This document shows, piece by piece, positions 39,485 to 48,959 of a stretch of 64,000 nt of DNA. The stretch spans positions 1,152,001 through 1,216,000 of the forward strand of contig CBDATQ010000001.1 in assembly GCA_965199955.1 (NCBI GenBank), written 5' to 3'. Under the pieces are notes generated by a model. It was not told where the DNA came from and made no database searches. It was given only the letters and a program-made list of their open reading frames with translations. A program made the position numbers and the translations under genes. How positions within the stretch are numbered: the first letter of the stretch is position 1; each line of letters begins with the position of its first letter. The DNA comes from Spirochaetia bacterium. Lineage in GTDB: Bacteria > Spirochaetota > Spirochaetia > SZUA-6 > Bin103.

Positions 39485-40591
39485 ATGAAAATCACCGATG
39501 TCGAGGTGCGCTGCTACGCGTGGCCGCGCCCCGTGCCGATCAGCAACGGCAAGTACACGTACACCGACGTGACCTTCACGCCGGTCCTCATCCACACCGA
39601 CGAAGGAGTCACCGGCGTCGGCTGGACCGGCGGAACCGCCGCCGGTCGCCCGGGCGCCATCGCCCAGGCGCTGGTCGGACACTTCCGGCAGGCGCTCGTC
39701 GGCCGCGATCCCTTCGCCTATCGGCGGCTCTGGGACGACATGTGGGAGCCCAAGATCGTCGGGCGGCGGGGAATGTCGACGCAGGTCATCAGCGCGCTCG
39801 ACGTCGCGGTCTGGGACCTGATCGGCAAGGCGACCGGCCGGTCCGTCCACCACCTGCTCGGCGGCTACACCGACCGCATCCCCGCCTATATCGCCGGCGG
39901 CTACTACGAGGAAGGCAAGGGGCTGCGCGAGCTGGCCCAGGAGATGGAAGAGAACCTGGAGCTCGGCGCGCGGGCGGTGAAGATGAAGGTCGGCGCCGTG
40001 CCGATCCCGGAAGACGTCGAGCGCGTGCGCGTGGTGCGCGACGCGATCGGTCCGGACATCTCCTTGCTGGTCGATGCCAACAACTCCTACAGCGCCTACC
40101 AGGCGATCGACTTCGCCCGGCGCATCGAGGAGTTCGACGTCTTCTGGTTCGAGGAGCCGGTGGCGCCCGACGATTACCGGGGACACGCTCGCGTGGCAGC
40201 GGCCACCAGCATCCCGGTCGCGACCGGCGAGAATGAGTACACCCGCTACGGGTTTCGCGATCTGATCGAGCACGACGGCGCGGCCATCCTCAACGTCGAC
40301 GCCCAGATCGTCGGCGGCATCACGGAGTTCATGAACGTCGCCGCGCTGGCTGCCGCCCACGATCTCGCGATCGCCCCGCACGGTGCGCAGGAAATCCACG
40401 TCCATCTGGTGGCGGCCGTGCAGGGAGGCCTGATCCTGGAGTATTACCGGGAGACGATAGATCCCCTGCGCGGGCGCCTGTTCAGTCCGAAGCTGACCCT
40501 GGATGACGACGGGCAGGTCGTGGTTCCGGATGCGCCGGGACTGGGCATCGAGATCGACTTCGACGTGCTCGCCGAGCATCGCGTTGCCTGA
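39485..40591 (+). CDS. Mandelate racemase/muconate lactonising enzyme family protein
   Basis: LDVAVWDLIGK, KMKVG, VDAN, WFEEP, TGENE, APH. Confidence 0.92.
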   Translation: MKITDVEVRCYAWPRPVPISNGKYTYTDVTFTPVLIHTDEGVTGVGWTGGTAAGRPGAIAQALVGHFRQALVGRDPFAYRRLWDDMWEPKIVGRRGMSTQVISALDVAVWDLIGKATGRSVHHLLGGYTDRIPAYIAGGYYEEGKGLRELAQEMEENLELGARAVKMKVGAVPIPEDVERVRVVRDAIGPDISLLVDANNSYSAYQAIDFARRIEEFDVFWFEEPVAPDDYRGHARVAAATSIPVATGENEYTRYGFRDLIEHDGAAILNVDAQIVGGITEFMNVAALAAAHDLAIAPHGAQEIHVHLVAAVQGGLILEYYRETIDPLRGRLFSPKLTLDDDGQVVVPDAPGLGIEIDFDVLAEHRVA

Positions 40592-40692
40592 ACGGTATCG
40601 GCGGTAGCGCCGGCAGGATGCCTTCGGAAACGGCACCTACGCTGACTCGCCGCCGGGCCGTGGTGGCACGGTGCGTCAGCCGCGGTCCGGTG

Positions 40693-43600
40693 ATGCGTGC
40701 CCGGCGCATGGTCGTCGGCGCCTTGCTGGTGGGCGCCACAGGCTGGCTGTCTGCACTGGGCGGTGACGAACAGCCTGCTCCGGCGGTGGCGGTCAACGCC
40801 GATCCTCCGCATTTCTCACCCGCTCACTCGCCGGGCGAAAACGACACGACCAGGCTGGTGACCGCCGTCGACGTTCAGCAGGCCGGCGCAGTGGTCAAGG
40901 CGTACCGCCTGGTGATCAGCGACGAGGACGGCCGGCCGGTGCGCACCATGGATGGCGACAGCGGGGAGCCCATCCCCGACGTGGTGCCGCGCCTGCTGAT
41001 CGACCTGGGGTTGCAGGAGCCCGCCTCGATCGAAGTGCCGGAGTCGTTCACCTGGGACGGCCGCGACGACCGGGGAGCCCGGGTTCTGGAAGGCGTCTAC
41101 CGCTTCGTCCTCGAGGTAACCGACGACTTCGGCAACACCGGGCGCTCCGAGCCGAGGCAGGTCATGGTGGATGACACCCCGCCGGCGGTCACCGTCGAGG
41201 CCGAGTACCCGATCTTCTCGCCCGACGGCGATGGGAGCAGGGACAGCCTGCCGATCCTGCAGACCGGGTCGAGCGAGGTACGATGGTCCGGACGGTTTTT
41301 CGACAGCCTCGGGGCGGTGGTCCGCACGTTCCTGTGGACCGACGGGCCACCGGCGGATTTCCTCTGGGACGGCCGGGACAGCGACGGGCGTGTGCTCCCG
41401 GACGGCACCTACCGCTATCGGATGAGCGCACTCGACCTGGCCGGCAACGATACCGTCGTCACCGTCGACGGCATCGTGATCGACACCGTGACCAGACGGC
41501 TGGAGATCGATCTGGCGCTGCCGGCGTTCTCTCCGAACGGCGACGGCGTTCTCGACGAGATGATCTTTCCCGTCACCATCGACGTGGGCGACAGTCTGGT
41601 CGACTGGCAGGCGGAGGTCCGTGATGCGGACGCTCGGGTGATGCGCACCATGTCCGGGCCGGCCCCGGTTCCGCAACCGCTGCGCTTCGACGGACGCAAC
41701 GATGAACGAGCGGTGATTGCCGAGGGCGACTACACGCTGGTGCTATCCGCCCGGTATACGAACGGCAGCACGCGGGTCGTCGCGTCGCCGCCGTTCACGC
41801 TGGATGTCACGCCACCGGACGCGTTCGTGCAGCTCCATTACGAGACGATCTCGCCCAACGGCGACGGCGTTCGCGACGAACTGCTGGTGACTCAGGAGTC
41901 GTCCGGAGACGGGGCATGGCTGGTGTCGATCACGGATGAACGCGGTGAGCCGGTGTGGTCGGAGCGCGCGCCGGTCGCCAGCGTCACGTTCCGGTGGGAC
42001 GGCCGCGACAGCCTGGGCAGGCGGGTCGCTGACGGCCGCTACCTCTACGAGCTGTCGGGGCGCGACGGCGCAGGCAACGGCTTCTCCTCCGGGCCGCTCG
42101 CCTTCACCGTCGACACCCGCGAAGCGACGGCTTCGCTGCAGGCCGGCCGTACGCATTTTTCGCCGAACGGCGACGGGATCCAGGACACGGTGGAGATCGC
42201 ACCCGAGCTCTCGGTCACCGACAGCATCGAGTCGGCGCAGCTCGAGATCGCCGACGCGTCCGGCACCGTCTGGTATCGGGAACGTGGCCGCGCGGCGGTC
42301 GAGCGCTTCGCGTGGACGGGCCTGGCCGGCGACGGCAAGCCGTTTCCGGACGGCGAGTACTCCGTGCGGCTCGCCGTGCAGTACGCCAACGGCACCAGCG
42401 CGGCCGCCGAAGGCGAGCCGATCACGCTCGACACGACGTATCCGACGATCGAAGCGAGCACCGACGATCTCCTGTTCTCGCCGGACGGCGACGGCGTCAA
42501 GGACGAGCTGCTCATCAAGCAGGCGTCGAGCAGCGAGGAGATCTGGGAGGCTCGCTTCATCGACCAGGACGGCATGGCGGTCGCCACCGCGAGCTGGCAG
42601 GGCCGGGTGGCCGATTACCGCTGGAACGGGATGGACGATCAGGGGGCGCCCGGGGCAGACGGGACGTACCAGTACCAGGTCACGGCTACGGACGCCGCCG
42701 GCAACAGCGTCACCGCGCTCCTGCCGGGTATACGGCTGGACACGCGTCAAACCGAGGCTCGCGTGGATGTAGCCGAAGCCGAGCGGACCGGCGCCGCCGT
42801 CGCCTTCTCGCCCAACGCTGACGGCGAACTCGACGAGATGCTGTTCAGCCTGTCGGCGACGCCGGACGTGCCGGTTGAGACCTGGACGCTTGCGGTCCTC
42901 GACTCGTCCGAGGCCCCGGTGCGGATCTTCCGCGGCGGTCGGGAGCTGCCTGCGACACAGCGCTGGCTGGGCCGCGCCACGACCGGCGACATGGCGCAGG
43001 ACGGCGAGTACACCGCGGTGTTCACGGTCGTCTACCGCAAGGGCGACGTCGCCGAGGACCGGTTGGACGTGCCCATCATCCTGGACACGGTCTACCCGGC
43101 GTTCGAGGTGGAAGCCGACTACCTCCTGTTCTCGCCGGACGGGGACGGCAACCGCGACGTGCTGCGGATCACCCATGCCACGGATGCCGAGCACGAGTGG
43201 CACACCGAGCTGGTGGCCGCCGACGGCACGATCGTCCGCGAGCTCACGGTATCGGATGGCGCGCTTCGCGACCTGGTCTGGGACGGCACGGACAGTCAGG
43301 GCACGCGCGTGCCGGACGGCGAGTACCGCTACCGCGTACGCGGCACCGACGCCGCCGGCAACGTCACCACCGGGGAGCTGCCGCCGATCCGCGTGGATAC
43401 CCGTACGGGCGCAGCGTGGATGGAAGCGTCCACGACCGGCTTCTCCCCGAACGGTGACGGCGTGGACGACGAGATGTTCTTCGAGTTGCGGGTCACCGAG
43501 GAGCTGCCGTTGCAGGCGTGGGAGCTTGTCATCGCCGACGTCGGCGGCGATGCGGTGCGTACCTACAGCGGCGTCTCCGAGACGATCTTTCCGATGCGCC

Positions 43601-45135
43601 TGCCCTGGGACGGCAGTGACGACTCGGGGGACCGCGTGGACGACGGACAGTATGCCGCGACGTTCACGGTCGAGTACGCGAAAGGGGACGTGAGCCGGGT
43701 TGCCGGTACGGCCGTGACGTTGGACACACGGCCGCCGGCGGTGCGCGTCGGAGCGCCGTATCTGCTGTTCTCCCCCGACGGCGACGGGCGCCGGGACACG
43801 ATCACGCTGACGCACGAGGCGACGCCCGGGGACCGGTGGGAGGCGACGATCACCGACGACCGGGACGGCGCCGTGGTCCTGCGGCGGGTATGGCAGGAGG
43901 AGGGGCCTCTGCCGGACCTGGTGTGGGACGGCCGCACCGAATCCGGCGCCGCCGTGCCGGACGGCAGCTACACCTACCGCATCGCTAGCGTCGATGCCGG
44001 AGGAAACAGCGTCAGTGCGGTCCTGGAAGGAATCCAGGTCGACACCGTCACCACCGTCGCCGCGGTCTCCGCCTCCGGCGATGCCTTCTCCCCCAACGGC
44101 GACGGCGACCGCGACACGATCGACATCTTCATATCCGCCACCACGTCGGTGCAGATCGACCGCTGGGCGCTGACGATCTACGACGGCACGGCCAGTCCGG
44201 TGCGCGTCTTCGGCGGAGGACGGGGCGCCGCGCCGCTCCCGGAGGCGATCGTCTGGGACGGGCGCAGCGACCGCGGCAACAAGGTGCCGGACGGGTTCTT
44301 CCGCGCATCCCTGGGGATCGAGTACGTGAAGGGAAACATCGTCGAAGCGGCCACCGATCCCTTCCTGATGGACTCGGAGCCGCCACGGGCAACGATCGAG
44401 ACGCAGCTCGACACGCCGTCGTTGCCGTTCTCACCGGACGACGACGGCGTGAACGACAGGCTGACGATCCTGCTGGACGCCTACGACGAAGGCGGCATCG
44501 CGTCATGGACGCTGCAGATCCTGGACCCGCGGGGGCAGCTCTTCGACTCGTCGAGCGGCAGCGGCAGCGCTCCGCCGCCGGCCTTCGAGTGGGGCGGCTT
44601 CTCCAGGGAGACGGGTGAGCTGGTCGAGGCAGCGGTCGACTACACGCTGCAGATGGAGGTGTTCGATCACGTCGGCAACCGGACGACGGCATCGGCGGTC
44701 GTACCGATCGACGTCCTGGTGTTGCGGGAGGGCGACCGTCTGCGCATCCGCATATCGAGCATCACCTTCGCGCCGAACACCGCCGATTACCGGCGTCTCG
44801 GCGACGCGGAGAAGACGCGCAGGAACCTGCGGACGCTCGACCGCCTTGCCGAGATTCTGCACCGCTACGGCACCTACAGCATCCTGCTGGAGGGGCACGC
44901 GGTATCCGTGCACTGGGCCGACGCGGAGAAGGCCCGCCAAGAGCAGGAGGAGGTGCTGCTGCCGCTTTCCGCGGCCCGTGCGGAGGCCGTGCGCGCCGCG
45001 TTGATCGAGCGCGGTGTCGATGGCAGCCGGATGACCACCACCGGACTGGGCGGCGCGCAGCCGCTGGTCCCGCACGGCGACGAGCGCAACCGCTGGAAGA
45101 ACCGCCGCGTCGAGTTCTGGCTGAACAGGCCGTGA
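40693..45135 (+). CDS. Large exported protein: about 12 FlgD/CHU-like Ig repeats plus C-terminal OmpA peptidoglycan-binding domain (start uncertain, 40618-40708)
   Basis: Recurrent FSP(N/D)GDG..D, WDG and DG.Y motifs; IxF, LEGH, LSAARAEAV, NRRVEF. Confidence 0.88.
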   Translation: MRARRMVVGALLVGATGWLSALGGDEQPAPAVAVNADPPHFSPAHSPGENDTTRLVTAVDVQQAGAVVKAYRLVISDEDGRPVRTMDGDSGEPIPDVVPRLLIDLGLQEPASIEVPESFTWDGRDDRGARVLEGVYRFVLEVTDDFGNTGRSEPRQVMVDDTPPAVTVEAEYPIFSPDGDGSRDSLPILQTGSSEVRWSGRFFDSLGAVVRTFLWTDGPPADFLWDGRDSDGRVLPDGTYRYRMSALDLAGNDTVVTVDGIVIDTVTRRLEIDLALPAFSPNGDGVLDEMIFPVTIDVGDSLVDWQAEVRDADARVMRTMSGPAPVPQPLRFDGRNDERAVIAEGDYTLVLSARYTNGSTRVVASPPFTLDVTPPDAFVQLHYETISPNGDGVRDELLVTQESSGDGAWLVSITDERGEPVWSERAPVASVTFRWDGRDSLGRRVADGRYLYELSGRDGAGNGFSSGPLAFTVDTREATASLQAGRTHFSPNGDGIQDTVEIAPELSVTDSIESAQLEIADASGTVWYRERGRAAVERFAWTGLAGDGKPFPDGEYSVRLAVQYANGTSAAAEGEPITLDTTYPTIEASTDDLLFSPDGDGVKDELLIKQASSSEEIWEARFIDQDGMAVATASWQGRVADYRWNGMDDQGAPGADGTYQYQVTATDAAGNSVTALLPGIRLDTRQTEARVDVAEAERTGAAVAFSPNADGELDEMLFSLSATPDVPVETWTLAVLDSSEAPVRIFRGGRELPATQRWLGRATTGDMAQDGEYTAVFTVVYRKGDVAEDRLDVPIILDTVYPAFEVEADYLLFSPDGDGNRDVLRITHATDAEHEWHTELVAADGTIVRELTVSDGALRDLVWDGTDSQGTRVPDGEYRYRVRGTDAAGNVTTGELPPIRVDTRTGAAWMEASTTGFSPNGDGVDDEMFFELRVTEELPLQAWELVIADVGGDAVRTYSGVSETIFPMRLPWDGSDDSGDRVDDGQYAATFTVEYAKGDVSRVAGTAVTLDTRPPAVRVGAPYLLFSPDGDGRRDTITLTHEATPGDRWEATITDDRDGAVVLRRVWQEEGPLPDLVWDGRTESGAAVPDGSYTYRIASVDAGGNSVSAVLEGIQVDTVTTVAAVSASGDAFSPNGDGDRDTIDIFISATTSVQIDRWALTIYDGTASPVRVFGGGRGAAPLPEAIVWDGRSDRGNKVPDGFFRASLGIEYVKGNIVEAATDPFLMDSEPPRATIETQLDTPSLPFSPDDDGVNDRLTILLDAYDEGGIASWTLQILDPRGQLFDSSSGSGSAPPPAFEWGGFSRETGELVEAAVDYTLQMEVFDHVGNRTTASAVVPIDVLVLREGDRLRIRISSITFAPNTADYRRLGDAEKTRRNLRTLDRLAEILHRYGTYSILLEGHAVSVHWADAEKARQEQEEVLLPLSAARAEAVRAALIERGVDGSRMTTTGLGGAQPLVPHGDERNRWKNRRVEFWLNRP

Positions 45136-45233
45136 CCTGAACAGGCCGTGACCGGGGTCAATCTGACCGTCGGCCGCGGTCGCCGGAACGGCCGGCGGTC
45201 AGGAGATGGCGTACCGGTCGTGGCGTCGCTGGG

Positions 45234-45557
45234 TCAGGAGCCGCGCCGGCGGAACAGGCTGGAGAAGAAGGACACCGCACCGGCAACGATCAGGCCGATG
45301 CCGGTAATCGCCGCCCCGGCCTGCAGCAGTCCGCCGAGCAGCACCAGCACGCCGGCGCCCGCAAGGCTGGCCCATCCGGCGTTGCGCCGCGTGCGGTCGG
45401 TCAGCAGGATGTAGCCACCCCAGATGGCGGCCGCCCCCGCGACCAGGTATTCGATCGGTCCGGCAAACAGGATTCCCTTCGCGAGCAGCACCACCGCCCC
45501 CGCGCCGGCCAGGAATAGGCCGTTCGACCCCGTCTTGATCAGGCTGCGCTCTTCCAT
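45234..45557 (-). CDS. Small hypothetical membrane protein (about 4 TM)
   Basis: Hydrophobic ORF MEERSLIKTG...FRRRGS. Confidence 0.65.
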   Translation of the reverse strand: MEERSLIKTGSNGLFLAGAGAVVLLAKGILFAGPIEYLVAGAAAIWGGYILLTDRTRRNAGWASLAGAGVLVLLGGLLQAGAAITGIGLIVAGAVSFFSSLFRRRGS

Positions 45558-45618
45558 GGTCTTTGCAAATGTGTGGGACCTTCCGTCCCGGCGGCAACCT
45601 CGGTACCGATCATCGTCG

Positions 45619-46836
45619 TCACGGAATCGCCAGCCGCAACCCGGCAAGCCCGCGGATCACGAACGTGGGGTTGTAGACGGACTCGCCGTCCAGCTCCACG
45701 TCCGGGACGGTGGCCGCCAGGTCGGCCAGGGCGACCGCGAGCTCGTGGCGGGCCAGGGGGGCCCCCACGCAGAAGTGGATGCCGCCGCCGAAGCCGACGT
45801 GGGCCGGATCCCCGCGCGCCACGTCGAAGCGGTCGGGGCGGGCGAACCGGCGCGGGTCGCGCTGCGCGGACCCGAACAGCATGGCCACCTGTTTGCCCAC
45901 GGCCAGCGGCTGGCCGGCGATCTCGACGCCCGGCTCGAGCACCCAGCGTGCGAACATCTGCAGGGGGGAGTCCCACCGCAGCAGCTCATCGACCGCCGTG
46001 GCCGCGCCCACTTCGCCGGCCACGAGGCGGCGCCACTGCTCGCGATGGGTCAGCAGCGCCCTCATGCCGTTGCCCAGCGCGTTGACCGTGGCCTCGTGCC
46101 CGGCTTCCAGCAGCACCATCGTGGTGGAAACGATCTCGTCGTCGCTGAGGCGGTCGCCGCCGTCGGAAGTCCGCACGAGCTGCGAGACCAGGCGGCCGTC
46201 CGGTGAACGGCGTTTGTCGTCGATCAGCGCCCGTGTGTAGTCGATGAACTCGCCTGCCGCCGCGTCGGCCCGCGCCTTGAGATCGTCGGAAGCCGACAGT
46301 TCGTACATCTTGACGATGGCGTGCGACCAGGAAAGCAGACGCCGGGTGTCGGCGCGGGGCACGCCCAGCACCTCTGCGATCACGGCCACGGAGTAGGGCT
46401 GTGCGTAGTCTGCCAGCAGGTCGAAGGTCCGTTTCTGCCGGCAGCGGTCGACGAGCTCCCACGAGAGCCCGGCGATCACCGGTCCCAGCCCGGCCACCGA
46501 GCGGGAGGTGAACACCTTGGAGAGCAGCTTCCGGATCCGGGTGTGGTCCGGCGGTTCGAGGCTCAGCAGCGACCATCGCTCGTGCCGGTGGAAGGAGGCC
46601 CAGCGGGGGTCGGGAGGCGGCTGACCCAGCTCGGCCGGGGTGTGCCGGTGGTGGTAGACGCGGCCGAGCCGGCGGTCGCGCAACGTCTCGTACACGTCGG
46701 CGAACCGCGTGAGCATCCACTGTCCGGTCTGCTCGCTGCGAAAGATCGGTGTCGCCTCCCGGATCCGCCCCAAAGCGGGATACGGATCGGCAAGGAACGC
46801 GGGATCGTAGAAGTCCAGTCCCCGGTTCAGGTTCAT
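45619..46836 (-). CDS. Cytochrome P450
   Basis: PPDHTRIR, AGHEAT, ELLR, RDP, FGGGIHFCVG heme motif. Confidence 0.95.
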   Translation of the reverse strand: MNLNRGLDFYDPAFLADPYPALGRIREATPIFRSEQTGQWMLTRFADVYETLRDRRLGRVYHHRHTPAELGQPPPDPRWASFHRHERWSLLSLEPPDHTRIRKLLSKVFTSRSVAGLGPVIAGLSWELVDRCRQKRTFDLLADYAQPYSVAVIAEVLGVPRADTRRLLSWSHAIVKMYELSASDDLKARADAAAGEFIDYTRALIDDKRRSPDGRLVSQLVRTSDGGDRLSDDEIVSTTMVLLEAGHEATVNALGNGMRALLTHREQWRRLVAGEVGAATAVDELLRWDSPLQMFARWVLEPGVEIAGQPLAVGKQVAMLFGSAQRDPRRFARPDRFDVARGDPAHVGFGGGIHFCVGAPLARHELAVALADLAATVPDVELDGESVYNPTFVIRGLAGLRLAIP

Positions 46837-46847
46837 CCGGGTCCCGG

Positions 46848-48959
46848 TCAAGGCCGTCGGGGCGAGGACAGGCTCAGGTAGCGCTCCAGCCGGCCGGCGG
46901 CGTCGGCGAGATCCTGGCCGTTCGCGAGCGCGTCGCGGAACAGGTCCCCCGTGCGCGCAAGCCGCTCGGGAACCGTGTCCAGCGTGAAGCGGGACGGCGA
47001 TAGATCGGCGTCCAGCTCGTCCCAGGACAGAGGCGCGGATACCGTTGCACCGGCGACTGGCCGCACCGCGTAGGGCGGCACGACCGTCTGCTCCCGGCGG
47101 TTCTGCAGGAAGTCCACGTACACCCGGTCGCCGCGCCGGGCGGCCGACCGCTCGACGGTGGCGATGTCGCGGTGCTCCCGGACGACGACCCGCGCCAGTC
47201 CCTCGCAGAACATGCGCGCCTGGTCGTAGGTGTAGCCGCCGGCCAGAGGGACGTAGACGTGCATGCCCGACTTGCCCGAGGTCTTCGGATAGCCGGCGGT
47301 CTCCATGCCGTGCAGGACCCTGGCCAGCGTTCGCGCCACCCGCACCACCTTCGCGAACGAGGACCCCTTGGCGTCCAGGTCGATGACCGCCCAGTCCGGG
47401 GCGTCGAAGTCGTCGATCCTGGACAGCCATGGATGAAAATCGATGCTGCCGAGGTTGACCATGTACAACAGCGTGTCGCGGTCTCCGCATACGATGTAGC
47501 GTGCCTCCTGGTCACCGGTGGACACGTCCACCGTGGGCACCCACGACGGCAGATGCGGCACCTGCTTCTGATAGAACCCCTCGCCGTCGACGCCGTCGGG
47601 GTAACGCAGCAGGTGGATGGGACGCGAGTGCAGGTAGGGGAGCAGCGAATCGGCGACCGCAAGGTAGTAGTCGATCAGGTCGCCCTTGGTGTGGCCGCTG
47701 GCCGGCCAGTAGACCTTGTCCAGGTTGCCGAGCTTCACGCGTACGGCATCCGCGGGCGGCGCAGGCCGGCGTCGCAGCGCTTCGTCGATGGGCAGGCCGG
47801 CGGCGTCGCCGCCGGCGGGAAGCCGCACTCGTGCCCAGGCGTTCTGACGGCCCGGCCGATAGGCGGAATCGATGCGCTTCGCCACCAGCGCCTGCAGGCC
47901 GGCGGCCGATGCGGCGGCGGCCAGCCGCTCACCGTCCGCGGCGACGTGGTCCACGTACAGCACGGAGCCGCACGGCGTGAGGATCGACTTCAGCAGCGCC
48001 TTGCGGTCGAGCAGGGACAGCCCGCGCACATCCCAGTCCTCGTAGTGGAGGAGGTCGAACGCGTAGAACGCGACACCGGACGTGTCGCCGTCCGCCGCGT
48101 GGCGGTCGAGCTCGGCACGCGACGGCCGCCCGTGTCCGTCCACCGCCACCAGCATGCCGTCGATCACGGCGTGCTCGGCCCGCAACCCGCCGAGAGCGGC
48201 GAGGATGGCGTCGAAGCGGTCCGCGGCTCCGCCGTCCGCGGCGAGCAGCTCGGCCTGGCCGTCGCGGATGACGGCCAGCGTCCGCCGGCCCGCGAACTCC
48301 ATCTCGAACAGCCACGCCGCATCGGAGAATGCGGCCCGCTCGCCTGCCGGACGCATGGGCCGCGGCCGGGCGGGGACGGATGCATGCCGGGCGTCCCCCA
48401 GGTCGACGGCGCCGGGCGGATCGCCGGGCGAGCGCGCGTAGCGGTCCCGTGCCTTGAACAGCAGCCAGTCGTCGCCGGCCCCGGCCGTTCGCACCAGGTG
48501 CCACTCGCCGCGCAGCCGCCGGCCGCGCAGCACGACCTTGATCTCACCGGACGCCAGCGCCGCGGCCGTGCTCGGCGCGCGCCGGACCAGGTAGGTGCCG
48601 TGGTCCCAGATCTCCATGGTGCCGCCGCCGTACTGGCCTTTCGGGATCACCCCCCGGAACGCGATGTAGTCGAGCGGATGGTCTTCGGTGTGGACGGCAA
48701 GCCGTTTGTCCGTGGGATCAAAGGAGAAGCCTCGCGGCACGGCGAAGCACAGCAGCACGCCGTCCATCTCCAGCCGCAGGTCGTAGTGCAGGCGCCGGGC
48801 TTCGTGGCGGTGGACGACGAAGCGCAACCCGCCGCCGTCCGTGCCGCCCGCGGCGGGTTCGGGCGTCCGGGAGAAGTCCCGCTTGGCGCGGTAGCGGTCG
48901 AGCGCCTGTGTGCCGCCGGTGTCGCCGGCAGTCCTCGCCTGCCGGCGAGGTTCGATCAT
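46848..48959 (-). CDS. ligD: LigD-like protein: phosphoesterase - degenerate ligase NTase domain - primase/polymerase
   Basis: KRDFSRTPEP, HEARRLHYDLRLE, EDHPLDY; POL domain DLD, SGKSGMH, VDFLQN; ligase motif I reads EMEFAGRR. Confidence 0.85.
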   Translation of the reverse strand: MIEPRRQARTAGDTGGTQALDRYRAKRDFSRTPEPAAGGTDGGGLRFVVHRHEARRLHYDLRLEMDGVLLCFAVPRGFSFDPTDKRLAVHTEDHPLDYIAFRGVIPKGQYGGGTMEIWDHGTYLVRRAPSTAAALASGEIKVVLRGRRLRGEWHLVRTAGAGDDWLLFKARDRYARSPGDPPGAVDLGDARHASVPARPRPMRPAGERAAFSDAAWLFEMEFAGRRTLAVIRDGQAELLAADGGAADRFDAILAALGGLRAEHAVIDGMLVAVDGHGRPSRAELDRHAADGDTSGVAFYAFDLLHYEDWDVRGLSLLDRKALLKSILTPCGSVLYVDHVAADGERLAAAASAAGLQALVAKRIDSAYRPGRQNAWARVRLPAGGDAAGLPIDEALRRRPAPPADAVRVKLGNLDKVYWPASGHTKGDLIDYYLAVADSLLPYLHSRPIHLLRYPDGVDGEGFYQKQVPHLPSWVPTVDVSTGDQEARYIVCGDRDTLLYMVNLGSIDFHPWLSRIDDFDAPDWAVIDLDAKGSSFAKVVRVARTLARVLHGMETAGYPKTSGKSGMHVYVPLAGGYTYDQARMFCEGLARVVVREHRDIATVERSAARRGDRVYVDFLQNRREQTVVPPYAVRPVAGATVSAPLSWDELDADLSPSRFTLDTVPERLARTGDLFRDALANGQDLADAAGRLERYLSLSSPRRP

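Noticed and set aside
40800..44460. Recurrent TTCTCGCCGAACGGCGACGGC-like DNA repeats as a possible array or DGR target
   Set aside because: They encode the FSPNGDG protein motif with synonymous variation. No reverse transcriptase or TR/VR pair was seen.
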